Of a stretch of DNA of 32,000 nucleotides, positions 8,891 to 16,695 are shown in pieces. The notes beneath the pieces were generated by a model that was given only the letters and a program-made list of their open reading frames with translations, was not told the DNA's origin and ran no database searches. The stretch covers positions 866,166 through 898,165 of the forward strand of contig NC_007964.1 of NCBI RefSeq assembly GCF_000013885.1, read 5' to 3'. A program made the translations under genes and the position numbers. Each line of letters begins with the position of its first letter. Position 1 is the first letter of the stretch. Source of the DNA: Nitrobacter hamburgensis X14. Lineage in GTDB: Bacteria > Pseudomonadota > Alphaproteobacteria > Rhizobiales > Xanthobacteraceae.

Positions 8891-10459
8891 TCAGTGCTTG
8901 CTGGCATAGCAAATCAAGTCGAGGAGCCGAAGAAGCGCTGGTCCCCTCGGGGAAAGACGATAGCGCAGCAGCTCGCCACGCTTCTCCAGCCTTGTCGCGA
9001 ATTCCGGCACGGACTTAAGCGCTCGATTGTTGTTGTACTTGCGTACCGCAAATCCCTGGTCCGCAGTCACGGCGGCGATCTCATCGCATGTCGCGGCACG
9101 GCCAATCTTTCGCAGGGCGCGCAGCGAACGATGCAATTCGGATAGGCTCTGGCGTCCATCCGGTAAAGTATCGATTGTGCTGACCAACTCGTCGATACGA
9201 CGGAAGTAGGAACGCACATCGGAGTCATTTCGGACAACGACATCAGCGATCTCATTCGCGACGCGCAGCGCTCCGAAACGCATCTGCTCCTCGTCGAGGC
9301 GGGCAAACTCCCCAAAAGTCCGGGCGTCGCCGGGGCGCGCCCGCTTGACGTGTCGCTCGAAACGGGTACGGGGATCGGCCTCGATCAATACCACCCGCGC
9401 CGCCGGCAGCATCGAACGCAACCGCATGACCTCTTCAACCGTTCGCATGCCAGTTACAATGTTGATGTCGGCGTTCTCCCGCGCGATATAGTCGGCGGCT
9501 CGCTTCGCCACGATGTCCCAACTCCGTTTTTCGAGGAAGGTCATCGCGTCAGCCGAGTTGCTGATTGTGATCCCTTCTTCTTCGGCTATTTGTCGCAGAA
9601 GGGTGCTACCCTCGAGCGCGAAAACTGCCGTGCGCTGCCCCATCAAAAAGTCGCCAAAAGTAGATTTGCCAGCGCATTTATGGCCGATCACGATAAGCAC
9701 GTCGCGCCGATTCAACGGAAGAAGCGAAAGCTGACTTCCAACCTCCCCCTCCGCGTCCGCTGCTTGGCGTACCACATGGTTCCATCGTCCAAGGTTGATA
9801 ATGGCGTTCAGCTCCTCCAGCCGCTCGATTAGCAGTGTAAGAGACTTTACGCGGAAGTCGTATGGGAGCGACTCTTCGAACTCCATTTCACCTAGTCGCC
9901 GGTTAGTCCCCTCGGGGACGAACCATCCATTGAACGTATCTGGCGTGAGCCAAGGATATTGCGGCGAGGTAGTGAATGCCGGTGGGGCCTCTGCAACACA
10001 TCCCGACGTTTCGCCGTGGAAGAAAACCGGCCGCGACAGAGTCGGCAGCCGAAGCGCAATATCGGACTTCACCGTACAACGTCGGTCGCCTCCGCGCAGC
10101 GCGATTTGGCGATCAAGTTCCACAAAACTCGTTTCCGAGAACCACTCCTTAACGCGCGTTCCGGGATAGTCTGTCGCGCCGCTCAGCGCCTCGATTCGCA
10201 GTGACGTATCCTCGACGAACAAGACCGAGCGGCGTTCAAACTCCTGGCTGACCTGCTTCAGTGCCTGGGTGAGTAGCCCCTGTGTGTCGAGGGAATAGTC
10301 TTCGCCATAGGGTTCGTGCTGACTGCGATAATGGGTGAGCTGATACCCACTACGCATGAAGATTAGCCTAGCCTGGATCAGCTTGTCTGCGTTCGAGGTG
10401 TAGAAAAAGATTCTGAGAAGCCGTTGAAACCGGAAGACGTCGCCATATCGAAACCTCAT
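8891..10459 (-). CDS. Three-domain fusion: Ham1/ITPase-like domain, P-loop nucleotide kinase (UPF0200/dNMP-kinase-like) and a C-terminal winged helix
   Basis: The ORF-track frame is 8891..10540. ATG 10457-10459 (MRFRYGD) overlaps the upstream stop as ATGA (10456-10459). N-terminal domain: FFYTSNADKL (TxNxxK), VEDTSLRIEALSGATDYPG (compare DDSGL..aL.G.PG), GETSGCV, and a GEMEFEE...DFR tail. Middle domain: Walker A IGHKCAGKST, then TGMRTVEEV ... VVLIEADPRTRFERHVKRARPGD..TFGEF..LDEEQ..FG ... ADVVVRND. C-terminus: a wHTH-like GRAATCDEIAAVT ... LRYRLSPRG. Confidence 0.75.
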   Translation of the reverse strand: MRFRYGDVFRFQRLLRIFFYTSNADKLIQARLIFMRSGYQLTHYRSQHEPYGEDYSLDTQGLLTQALKQVSQEFERRSVLFVEDTSLRIEALSGATDYPGTRVKEWFSETSFVELDRQIALRGGDRRCTVKSDIALRLPTLSRPVFFHGETSGCVAEAPPAFTTSPQYPWLTPDTFNGWFVPEGTNRRLGEMEFEESLPYDFRVKSLTLLIERLEELNAIINLGRWNHVVRQAADAEGEVGSQLSLLPLNRRDVLIVIGHKCAGKSTFGDFLMGQRTAVFALEGSTLLRQIAEEEGITISNSADAMTFLEKRSWDIVAKRAADYIARENADINIVTGMRTVEEVMRLRSMLPAARVVLIEADPRTRFERHVKRARPGDARTFGEFARLDEEQMRFGALRVANEIADVVVRNDSDVRSYFRRIDELVSTIDTLPDGRQSLSELHRSLRALRKIGRAATCDEIAAVTADQGFAVRKYNNNRALKSVPEFATRLEKRGELLRYRLSPRGPALLRLLDLICYASKH

Positions 10460-11439
10460 GCGGATTCGTCCCGCGAAGCTCTCGCGCCGTGATTCAGACC
10501 GCCATGACATCCTAGCCAACGTGCATTGTGTGCGGCACAAACCGCCCGTAACTCGGCGACAGCACGCGTATCACTGGCTGCGAAGATTACATATACGATT
10601 GGACCCATGCTGCTCATGCCCGCAGCATAGCCCTTTGTGCGAAAGTCCTCCAATAGCTCGATGACATTCTCGCCGCACCGTTCGATCTCAAGATGCTTGA
10701 AGCCCTTGTAGGAAATCGAAGCAAGCGAGGACGCAAGCAGTTTCAAATCCTCAAGACGAAATGCAGGCAGGATCCCGTGATACAGCGACGCCATTGTTTC
10801 AAGCGCATCGTCGGGCGCGATGGGCGCATTCTCTTCAAAGAAGCGCTGCTCTTCCGAGCCGTGCGATAATTCGCCCTTGGGTAGGCACAAGCCGACTCGC
10901 CATGAAGCTGGAAAAGGCAGCCGAAGCATCAGAACGGGTGCTGAGGTGGCCGCTCTCGCACCAGAGGGAAGCAGATGATCGATCTCCTCGGCGGGTCTAC
11001 CCGCGTCCCACAATACGCCGCCCTCAAAGAAACCGTGAATGCCGATGCCCGACGCCCCGCCACGTCCGCTCAGACTTTGCTGCTCAGCCCGATTGCCTGG
11101 AAGCTCAACTAGGTGGTGATATGCTAAGATGACCGCGAGCTTAAGGGCAGTCTTTGTGCCGAGACCAATATGCTGAATCGCGTGACTATGGATGATAGCC
11201 TGAACCCGTCTTTTGCCCGCTTCGGCCAGCGTCTCGAGGAGAGCCGTCAACTCAGACTGGCATGACCTGTCCAAGTCGCTCGCCCCCTCTAACGACATTA
11301 CGGGCGCACACCTTAGTTCAACGTCGGCGGCAATCTTGTCGAGCATGAAGCCGACACCGCCGAATGCGCGGGGCGATGCAAAACCCATATCAGCTAGGGC
11401 AATATGAATGCGCGACCCCGCGCTCACTCGGACAGCCAA
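10456..11439 (-). CDS. GHMP-kinase-superfamily enzyme resembling beta-ribofuranosylaminobenzene 5'-phosphate (beta-RFAP) synthase
   Basis: The ORF-track frame is 10456..11487. I prefer TTG 11437-11439, which has AGGAG 7 nt upstream and lies 4 nt after the upstream stop (11444-11446). Motifs: RIHIALADMGFASPRAFGGVGFML, HIGLGTKTALKLAV and SGRGGASGIGIHGFFEGGVLWDAG. From memory these match the three signature blocks of beta-RFAP synthases. Confidence 0.7.
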   Translation of the reverse strand: MAVRVSAGSRIHIALADMGFASPRAFGGVGFMLDKIAADVELRCAPVMSLEGASDLDRSCQSELTALLETLAEAGKRRVQAIIHSHAIQHIGLGTKTALKLAVILAYHHLVELPGNRAEQQSLSGRGGASGIGIHGFFEGGVLWDAGRPAEEIDHLLPSGARAATSAPVLMLRLPFPASWRVGLCLPKGELSHGSEEQRFFEENAPIAPDDALETMASLYHGILPAFRLEDLKLLASSLASISYKGFKHLEIERCGENVIELLEDFRTKGYAAGMSSMGPIVYVIFAASDTRAVAELRAVCAAHNARWLGCHGGLNHGARASRDESA

Positions 11440-11443
11440 CTGT

Positions 11444-12196
11444 TCACTCCTGCGCTGCCGGCGCGGCAGCTTGCCATGTCGCCTCAAAATGGCTGTCCAA
11501 ATGGTCGAACATGAAACCGCCTCGATGCACGAGGATGGTAGGCGAGTTGCGGCTTCGCTCCGTCATCAAATACGGACCCCAGAAGATCTCGTCATCAATC
11601 CGCAATAGGTTGATCGCAGGAATGGAGCGCATACGGCGCACCTGGAACTTGACGCGATCTATATCTTCATCGGTATCGACGGCTGCTTGGAATGCTTCGA
11701 TGTCGGCGCGAATTTCCCCCCTTGCGCCGCCTTCCTCAAGGTCGCGGTAATCAGCGAGGCTCTGTGCTTTCGTCGGGAAATCTGGATCCAGCATAAGAAC
11801 TCGCACATTGGCCCTACGTGACCACTCTGCGAACTCGCGGGCGTAGTCCTCACGGAAGGACGACAAGCCTAGACCGATCAGGTCGATCCGCTTCGCCGAC
11901 CTGAGACGACGGTCGTATTGTTCCTTGATCCGCACCGAACGATGCGGGAAAACGCTTGAGATGCCGGCACTCGCTATCACCTCAAGCCTGTTCTGCGTCC
12001 GCTCGGTTAAGCGGATGTAGAGGTATAGCGCCATCCCGGCGATACCCGTCGCAAGCAGACCGCCACCCACGCTTTGTGCAAGTGTTGCACCGAACACTCT
12101 TTCACCCTCGGTTGTCATGCAGAGCATGCCCCCGAATACTAGGACCAAATGAACGCCAAGCCACATCAGGCTCGTCGGCGACCACCAAGACCGCAT
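11444..12196 (-). CDS. Two-transmembrane-helix protein with a ~170-aa cytoplasmic domain of unknown function. First gene of the operon and candidate effector.
   Basis: The ORF-track frame is 11444..12238. I prefer ATG 12194-12196 (MRSWW), preceded by GGAAGGGGAGAAA. Hydrophobic segments are LMWLGVHLVLVFGGMLCM and VGGGLLATGIAGMALYLYI. The soluble part (RIDLIGLGLSSF ... VRVLMLDPDFP ... INLLRIDDEIFWGPY) matches no family I can name with confidence. Confidence 0.7.
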   Translation of the reverse strand: MRSWWSPTSLMWLGVHLVLVFGGMLCMTTEGERVFGATLAQSVGGGLLATGIAGMALYLYIRLTERTQNRLEVIASAGISSVFPHRSVRIKEQYDRRLRSAKRIDLIGLGLSSFREDYAREFAEWSRRANVRVLMLDPDFPTKAQSLADYRDLEEGGARGEIRADIEAFQAAVDTDEDIDRVKFQVRRMRSIPAINLLRIDDEIFWGPYLMTERSRNSPTILVHRGGFMFDHLDSHFEATWQAAAPAAQE

Positions 12197-12307
12197 TTTC
12201 TCCCCTTCCACGAGCCCAACAAGGCGAACTGCACACACGTAACGAGCCTGTATCCGCGCTGCGAATCATCGCTAGCTTAAACGGAGTATTTATAGGCGTT
12301 AAACGCT

Positions 12308-12322
12308 TTGATAAAATATCAA
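12308..12322. promoter_or_regulatory. Perfect palindrome TTGATA-aaa-TATCAA in the AT-rich divergent intergenic region (candidate operator or promoter element)
   Basis: Read directly from the sequence. It lies in the AT-rich gap between the minus-strand operon (start 12196) and the plus-strand ThsA-like gene (start 12633). Confidence 0.25.
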
Positions 12323-12632
12323 TCCGACATTCTTTCATAGTAGGCACGTGAGAAACTCAGCTATCAGCCAGAAATAAGCGCGAATGATAGTCTCCCGCCT
12401 TGCTGAATTTTCGGAGCCGTTAGCGGAACGTGGCTTCGTTGCGAAAATGCAGCATAGCTGCCGTTATCGTGGCAATATCGCCGATCAAGCTTCCACGGTC
12501 ATAGGGTCTTGCAAGTCAGCAACGATGCAAGTCGTTCGTGGTTTCGAATTTCACCGCTTCCGACGATCCTTGTGGATGTGTCGTCACAATCCATTGCTGC
12601 AAAAGGCGGTACCCGCCAATCTGGCAGTGGAT

Positions 12633-13496
12633 ATGGCGACTCACCTCATCAAATCTTTGACTGTCGGTTTTCTACGGCGCTGGAAAGCCGGATTAACGCG
12701 GGCCTTTGGTGTGGCCGGAGCGATCTGGCTGGTCACTGAAATAGTGACTCGTGTCTCCAGCTCGGCGAACGATTGGCTGACCGCCAACGGAGACGTTTAC
12801 TTGGGCGGCGTCCTGCTCGCAGGGGCTATGTGGTTTGTCGCCTACTCCTACGAGCAGCGAAAGGTGAAATTTCGAGTTCCGACCACAAACAGCTACATCA
12901 CAATCAAGTTCGGTAACCTATTCGAAGAAAGGTCAGACTGGCTAATTGGCGTTAACGAGTTCTTCGACGGCCGTCTTGGACAAGTGATCGCAAAGACCTC
13001 CGTCCACGGGCAGTTCATCACTAACGTATTCCACGGCGACGAGACGCGATTTCGAGAAGCAGTGACGGCAGCTCTGGCTGGCGTGCCTTGCACATCCACT
13101 GCCAGGATGAACTTGCCAGCGGATTCCTACGAGATTGGCACCACGGCCGTCGTTGCTAACGGGTCACAGAAGGCGTTCCTCGTGGCTATGTCCCGAACCG
13201 ACCTTGTGACGCATAAGGCTGGATCAACGGTGCCCATGCTTTTCGAAGCGATGAAGGGCGCGCTCGAATCAGTAAAGAACTATGGCAACGGCGAACCGCT
13301 GGCGTTGCCGCTAATCGGCAACGGCCTTTCCAGCGTCAACTTAGAGCCGCAACACCTGCTCAGGCTCATCACGCTGGCTTTGGTGGACTTTGGGCGAAAA
13401 GTCAGCTTGCCCAAGCAAGTGACCATCGTGGCACCCGAGGGATGCTTTGAACAGCTCGATATCCGTGAAATCAAGCGAGATTGGATGAAGCGCTAG
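12633..13496 (+). CDS. thsA: ThsA-like protein of type II Thoeris architecture: two TM helices plus a Macro-like domain
   Basis: The ORF-track frame is 12384..13496. I prefer ATG 12633 (MATHLIKS), because the upstream 83 codons are Cys/Arg/His-rich and not protein-like. TM segments are AFGVAGAIWLVTEIV and VYLGGVLLAGAMWFVAY. Macro-like blocks are ITIKFGNLFEERSDWLIGVNEFFD and LALPLIGNGLSSVNLEPQHLL. Confidence 0.6.
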   Translation: MATHLIKSLTVGFLRRWKAGLTRAFGVAGAIWLVTEIVTRVSSSANDWLTANGDVYLGGVLLAGAMWFVAYSYEQRKVKFRVPTTNSYITIKFGNLFEERSDWLIGVNEFFDGRLGQVIAKTSVHGQFITNVFHGDETRFREAVTAALAGVPCTSTARMNLPADSYEIGTTAVVANGSQKAFLVAMSRTDLVTHKAGSTVPMLFEAMKGALESVKNYGNGEPLALPLIGNGLSSVNLEPQHLLRLITLALVDFGRKVSLPKQVTIVAPEGCFEQLDIREIKRDWMKR

Positions 13497-14047
13497 TGGC
13501 TTATCGAAACGGCACCTATATTGCGTTCCACGCAGAGGGTAACTCTGACCCTACCGCGTCAGACATTAGATACTACCGCACGCTGAAGATGTGGCACACC
13601 AACGATAATATCGAATTCAAGTTCGTGAACAGCCACGAGAAGGTCGCCGCCGTGCGGGACACAAGTCAGGCAGCGACTATCAAGCGGAGCCTGAGGGCGA
13701 GACTCGATAATTCAAAAAACATGGTCCTCATCATCGGTCAGCGGACTAGGTTCGATATGGACTTCGTGCCTTATGAGATCGCCTACGCGGTGGACACTTG
13801 TCGCATCCCCATTATCGCTACATATCCGGGGCAATCTGTGATCCGTGTCTCCAACGCGCTGAGGCCGCTGTGGCCCGAGGCGCTGCGGGAGAGGATAGAC
13901 AACGGCGCGGCTAGCGTCATCCATATCCCGTTCAACCAGAAGGCGATTGACGACGCCATCGGCCAGTTCAGTCACAACAAACTCCCGTTCGGCGGAGGGA
14001 TCGGTATCTACAGCGATGACGCCTATAGGTCGTTTGGGCTGCTCTAA
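13481..14047 (+). CDS. thsB: ThsB-like TIR-like domain protein (DUF1863 / MTH538-type TIR)
   Basis: Reads YIAFHAEGNSDP..DIRYY ... NMVLIIGQRTRFDMDFVPYEIAYAVDTCRIPIIATY, which fits the TIR-like pattern with a conserved Glu in (W/F)VxxEI. The track start is TTG 13481. An in-frame GTG at 13496 overlaps the thsA-like TAG (TAGTG) and is an equally good start. Confidence 0.6.
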   Translation: MDEALVAYRNGTYIAFHAEGNSDPTASDIRYYRTLKMWHTNDNIEFKFVNSHEKVAAVRDTSQAATIKRSLRARLDNSKNMVLIIGQRTRFDMDFVPYEIAYAVDTCRIPIIATYPGQSVIRVSNALRPLWPEALRERIDNGAASVIHIPFNQKAIDDAIGQFSHNKLPFGGGIGIYSDDAYRSFGLL

Positions 14048-14337
14048 GGCAATAATGGTCCTTGCTAAGGCTGGAGGCTCATACTGTCCTTATGATCCGC
14101 GGACATCGGCGGCAGATTCCAATAATCGCGACTCTATCCATGGACTTTTAGCTTCCGGCAATCGGCTTAATTGTTCGTGGCGGAGCGCTTCTTCTGGGCG
14201 ATGGTGGGAGGGAGCCCAACGACCATCACAAGGGCTCGACCTACGGCTTCGCGGTCAGCGATGTCTGCTTTTGGGCTGTGGTAAAGACGCCCTTAACGGC
14301 AAACATGGGGCGCAAAGAAGACGTCGATCCCAGGCTC

Positions 14338-15858
14338 TTACTTTTCTGTCGCTTCCCGCTGCTTGGACCACGAGAGCGGTAAGGTTTTAGGGATCGCCAC
14401 CAAAGTTGGCGTGTTTCCCGCTCCTCCCATAATTACTGCTTCTGCGATTGATGGCGATAGAAATGCGAGGCGCAGCTGTTGGCGGATGATCTTGGGATGG
14501 AGTCTGACGTCTTTAGCGAGCGCCTCGATTGAATCGTAGCGACCGGAGGCGAGGTCGTTGAGCCAGGCGTGGGCGCGGACGATCGCCTGGAGAAGCTTGG
14601 GATCGGATTTACTCTGGTCCGTGGGCTCGATGACCGTGGCGGCGTTGGTTTTTGCTACTTTCCAGGGAATCTCGATCGGACGCCCGGCGTAGGCCGGCTT
14701 CATCGCGATCCGGATGTGGTTGGCGTTGATGACGGCGCAGTCGACGCCGTCGAAGATGTCGGATGCAGCAGTGTGGCCGAGGTTGAGCCGCTCCCGAATG
14801 GTTCGCTCGATCAGTTGCTCGATCTCGGTGGCCGGCACCCGCTTGACCGATCCGGCAAGGTGCTTTCGCCCGCGCAACGCCGTGCTGACGTAGAAACGAT
14901 ATCGGACGCCGTTCTTTCTACTGAAAGTCGGACCCATCCGGTTGCCACGATCGTCGAACAGTTTGCCGGCCAGCGGTGCGTTGTTCGCAGATTGGCCCTT
15001 CGGCCGATCGACGGTGTTGGATTTAAGCTGGTCCTGGACGCGAGTGAAGGTGGTGCGGTCCAGGATTGCCTGGTGCTCGCCCTTGAACCATTTGCCGCCG
15101 TGATGAATCTCGCCGAGATAGATGCGGTTTTTCAGGAGGTAGGCGAGGGGGCCATAGGTGAAGGGAATCCCGCCCTGATACTTTTTGACCTCGGTCTTGC
15201 GGCGCTTGGTGACAATCTGCCGCTTGTCGAGCTCGGGGATCAATTTGTTGAGTGATCCTGTCTGCAGATAAAGCTTGAAGATGGTCTGGACGGACTTGGC
15301 TTCGGCCCTGTTAATGGCGAGCTTCCTGTCCTTAATCTCATAGCCGAGCGGCACCGTGCCGCCGGTCCATTTGCCTTTCCTGCGGGAGGCGGCGATCTTG
15401 TCCTTGACCCGTTCCGAGGCGAGCTCTCGCTCGAACTGGGCAAAGGACAACAGCACATTCAGGGTCAAGCGCCCCATCGAGGTCGTGGTATTGAACTGCT
15501 GGGTGATCGCGACGAACGAGATCGAACGGGCATCGAAGGTTTCGACCAGTTTGGCAAAATCGGCCAGCGACCGGGTCAGGCGGTCGATCTTGTAGACCAC
15601 GACCACGTCGACCTTGCCGGCCTCGATATCGGCGAGAAGTCGCCTCACGGCCGGGCGGTCGAGATTGCCGCCGGAATAGGCTGGATCGTCATAGCGGGCG
15701 GCAAGAGCTCGCCAACCCTGGGAGGCCTGACTCTTTATATATGCCTCGCAGGCCTCCCGCTGGGCGTCGAGCGAGTTGAACTCCTGCTCGAGGCCATGCT
15801 CGGTGGATTTGCGGGTATAGATGGCGCAGCGCAAAATGCCTCGGCGGTCAGTCGCCAT
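14338..15858 (-). CDS. Large serine recombinase (resolvase/invertase N-terminal domain plus recombinase domain)
   Basis: Reads AIYTRKSTE ... SLDAQREACEAY ... YDDPAYSGGNLDRPAVRRLL ... VVVVYKIDRLTRSL ... SFAQFERELASERVKDK. I prefer the start at MATDRRG (15858). The ORF-track maximum is 15921. Confidence 0.9.
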   Translation of the reverse strand: MATDRRGILRCAIYTRKSTEHGLEQEFNSLDAQREACEAYIKSQASQGWRALAARYDDPAYSGGNLDRPAVRRLLADIEAGKVDVVVVYKIDRLTRSLADFAKLVETFDARSISFVAITQQFNTTTSMGRLTLNVLLSFAQFERELASERVKDKIAASRRKGKWTGGTVPLGYEIKDRKLAINRAEAKSVQTIFKLYLQTGSLNKLIPELDKRQIVTKRRKTEVKKYQGGIPFTYGPLAYLLKNRIYLGEIHHGGKWFKGEHQAILDRTTFTRVQDQLKSNTVDRPKGQSANNAPLAGKLFDDRGNRMGPTFSRKNGVRYRFYVSTALRGRKHLAGSVKRVPATEIEQLIERTIRERLNLGHTAASDIFDGVDCAVINANHIRIAMKPAYAGRPIEIPWKVAKTNAATVIEPTDQSKSDPKLLQAIVRAHAWLNDLASGRYDSIEALAKDVRLHPKIIRQQLRLAFLSPSIAEAVIMGGAGNTPTLVAIPKTLPLSWSKQREATEK

Positions 15859-16345
15859 TTGACGAGTTCCCCGAACCCGAGGGGGCCGTCGATGATCGCA
15901 ACCCAAAGAAGCGCGGCCCATTCCATCTGGTGCCGGTGATTTTGCAGGCGATCTCGGACAGGCTCGCGTAGGTCTCGCCCTCGAATGCGAATCCCTCCAC
16001 GGTGACCTTCACCCGATAGGTTGCGCCGCGCCAGGTTCGTACCAGCTCCGAGCCGGCCTTGATCCTGCGCGGCAGCTCCAATTTCCCGTTCGGTTTGCTC
16101 CGGGCTGCCTTGACCAGTTGTCTCAATAACCGGCTGCTCTCCTTGGAGAGACCGCCATAGGTGCGCTCCTGAATCCGCTGGGCGATGCTGCGGCGGAGCA
16201 GGTCCGGGCCAAAGGCTTTTGGCGGTTCAGCCCGGAACAGCTCGCGATACCGTATTCTGAGGTTCGCGATCGGCATCGTCGGGAGTTTGGCCAGCTCGGC
16301 TTCGACAACCCTATCGCTGCCGACGAGGCGTGCCGGCCGGATCAT
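15848..16345 (-). CDS. DUF2924-family protein (usual partner of large serine recombinases)
   Basis: Reads LRIRYRELF ... [16 protein letters not shown] ... [12 protein letters not shown] ... [25 protein letters not shown]. Its end overlaps the recombinase start. Confidence 0.8.
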   Translation of the reverse strand: MIRPARLVGSDRVVEAELAKLPTMPIANLRIRYRELFRAEPPKAFGPDLLRRSIAQRIQERTYGGLSKESSRLLRQLVKAARSKPNGKLELPRRIKAGSELVRTWRGATYRVKVTVEGFAFEGETYASLSEIACKITGTRWNGPRFFGLRSSTAPSGSGNSSNGD

Positions 16346-16695
16346 GACGACGCGCGACCCTTGATGCGATAGGTCCGGTCACTGCCGTCCTTGCTCGACT
16401 CGACCTTGAGTTTGAGCTTCTTTTTGACGACGCCGGACAGAAAGCCGCGCACGGAATGCGGCTGCCAGCCAGTGGCTTCGGTGATCTCCGGGATCGTGAC
16501 GCCCTTCGGACGCTGGAGCAGGGCAAGTACCGAATCTTGCTTCGAGGGACTGGAGCGGTCCTTCACTCGGAGTGCGGCAACGACGGCCTTGGCCGGCTTG
16601 GTCGCCAATCCCGCTTTGGATTTTGTTTTATAGGTACGGCGTGAACGCGTTTTGGCGGCCTTTGCCGGTTTCGGTTTACGTTTGCTGGCAGACAT
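16342..16695 (-). CDS. DUF3489-family protein
   Basis: Has a Lys-rich N-terminus, then [44 protein letters not shown] ... RTYRI. The start ATG at 16693-16695 is preceded by GAGGAG. Its stop overlaps the DUF2924 start as ATGA (16342-16345). Confidence 0.8.
   Translation of the reverse strand: MSASKRKPKPAKAAKTRSRRTYKTKSKAGLATKPAKAVVAALRVKDRSSPSKQDSVLALLQRPKGVTIPEITEATGWQPHSVRGFLSGVVKKKLKLKVESSKDGSDRTYRIKGRASS

Noticed and set aside
12384-12632. N-terminal extension of the ThsA-like ORF
   Set aside because: The Cys/Arg/His-rich translation does not look like a folded or membrane segment. ATG 12633 directly precedes the TM region. I treat the extension as 5' leader, but the start remains unproven.
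14569-15255. 228-aa plus-strand ORF
   Set aside because: It is antisense to the large serine recombinase gene and is a shadow ORF.
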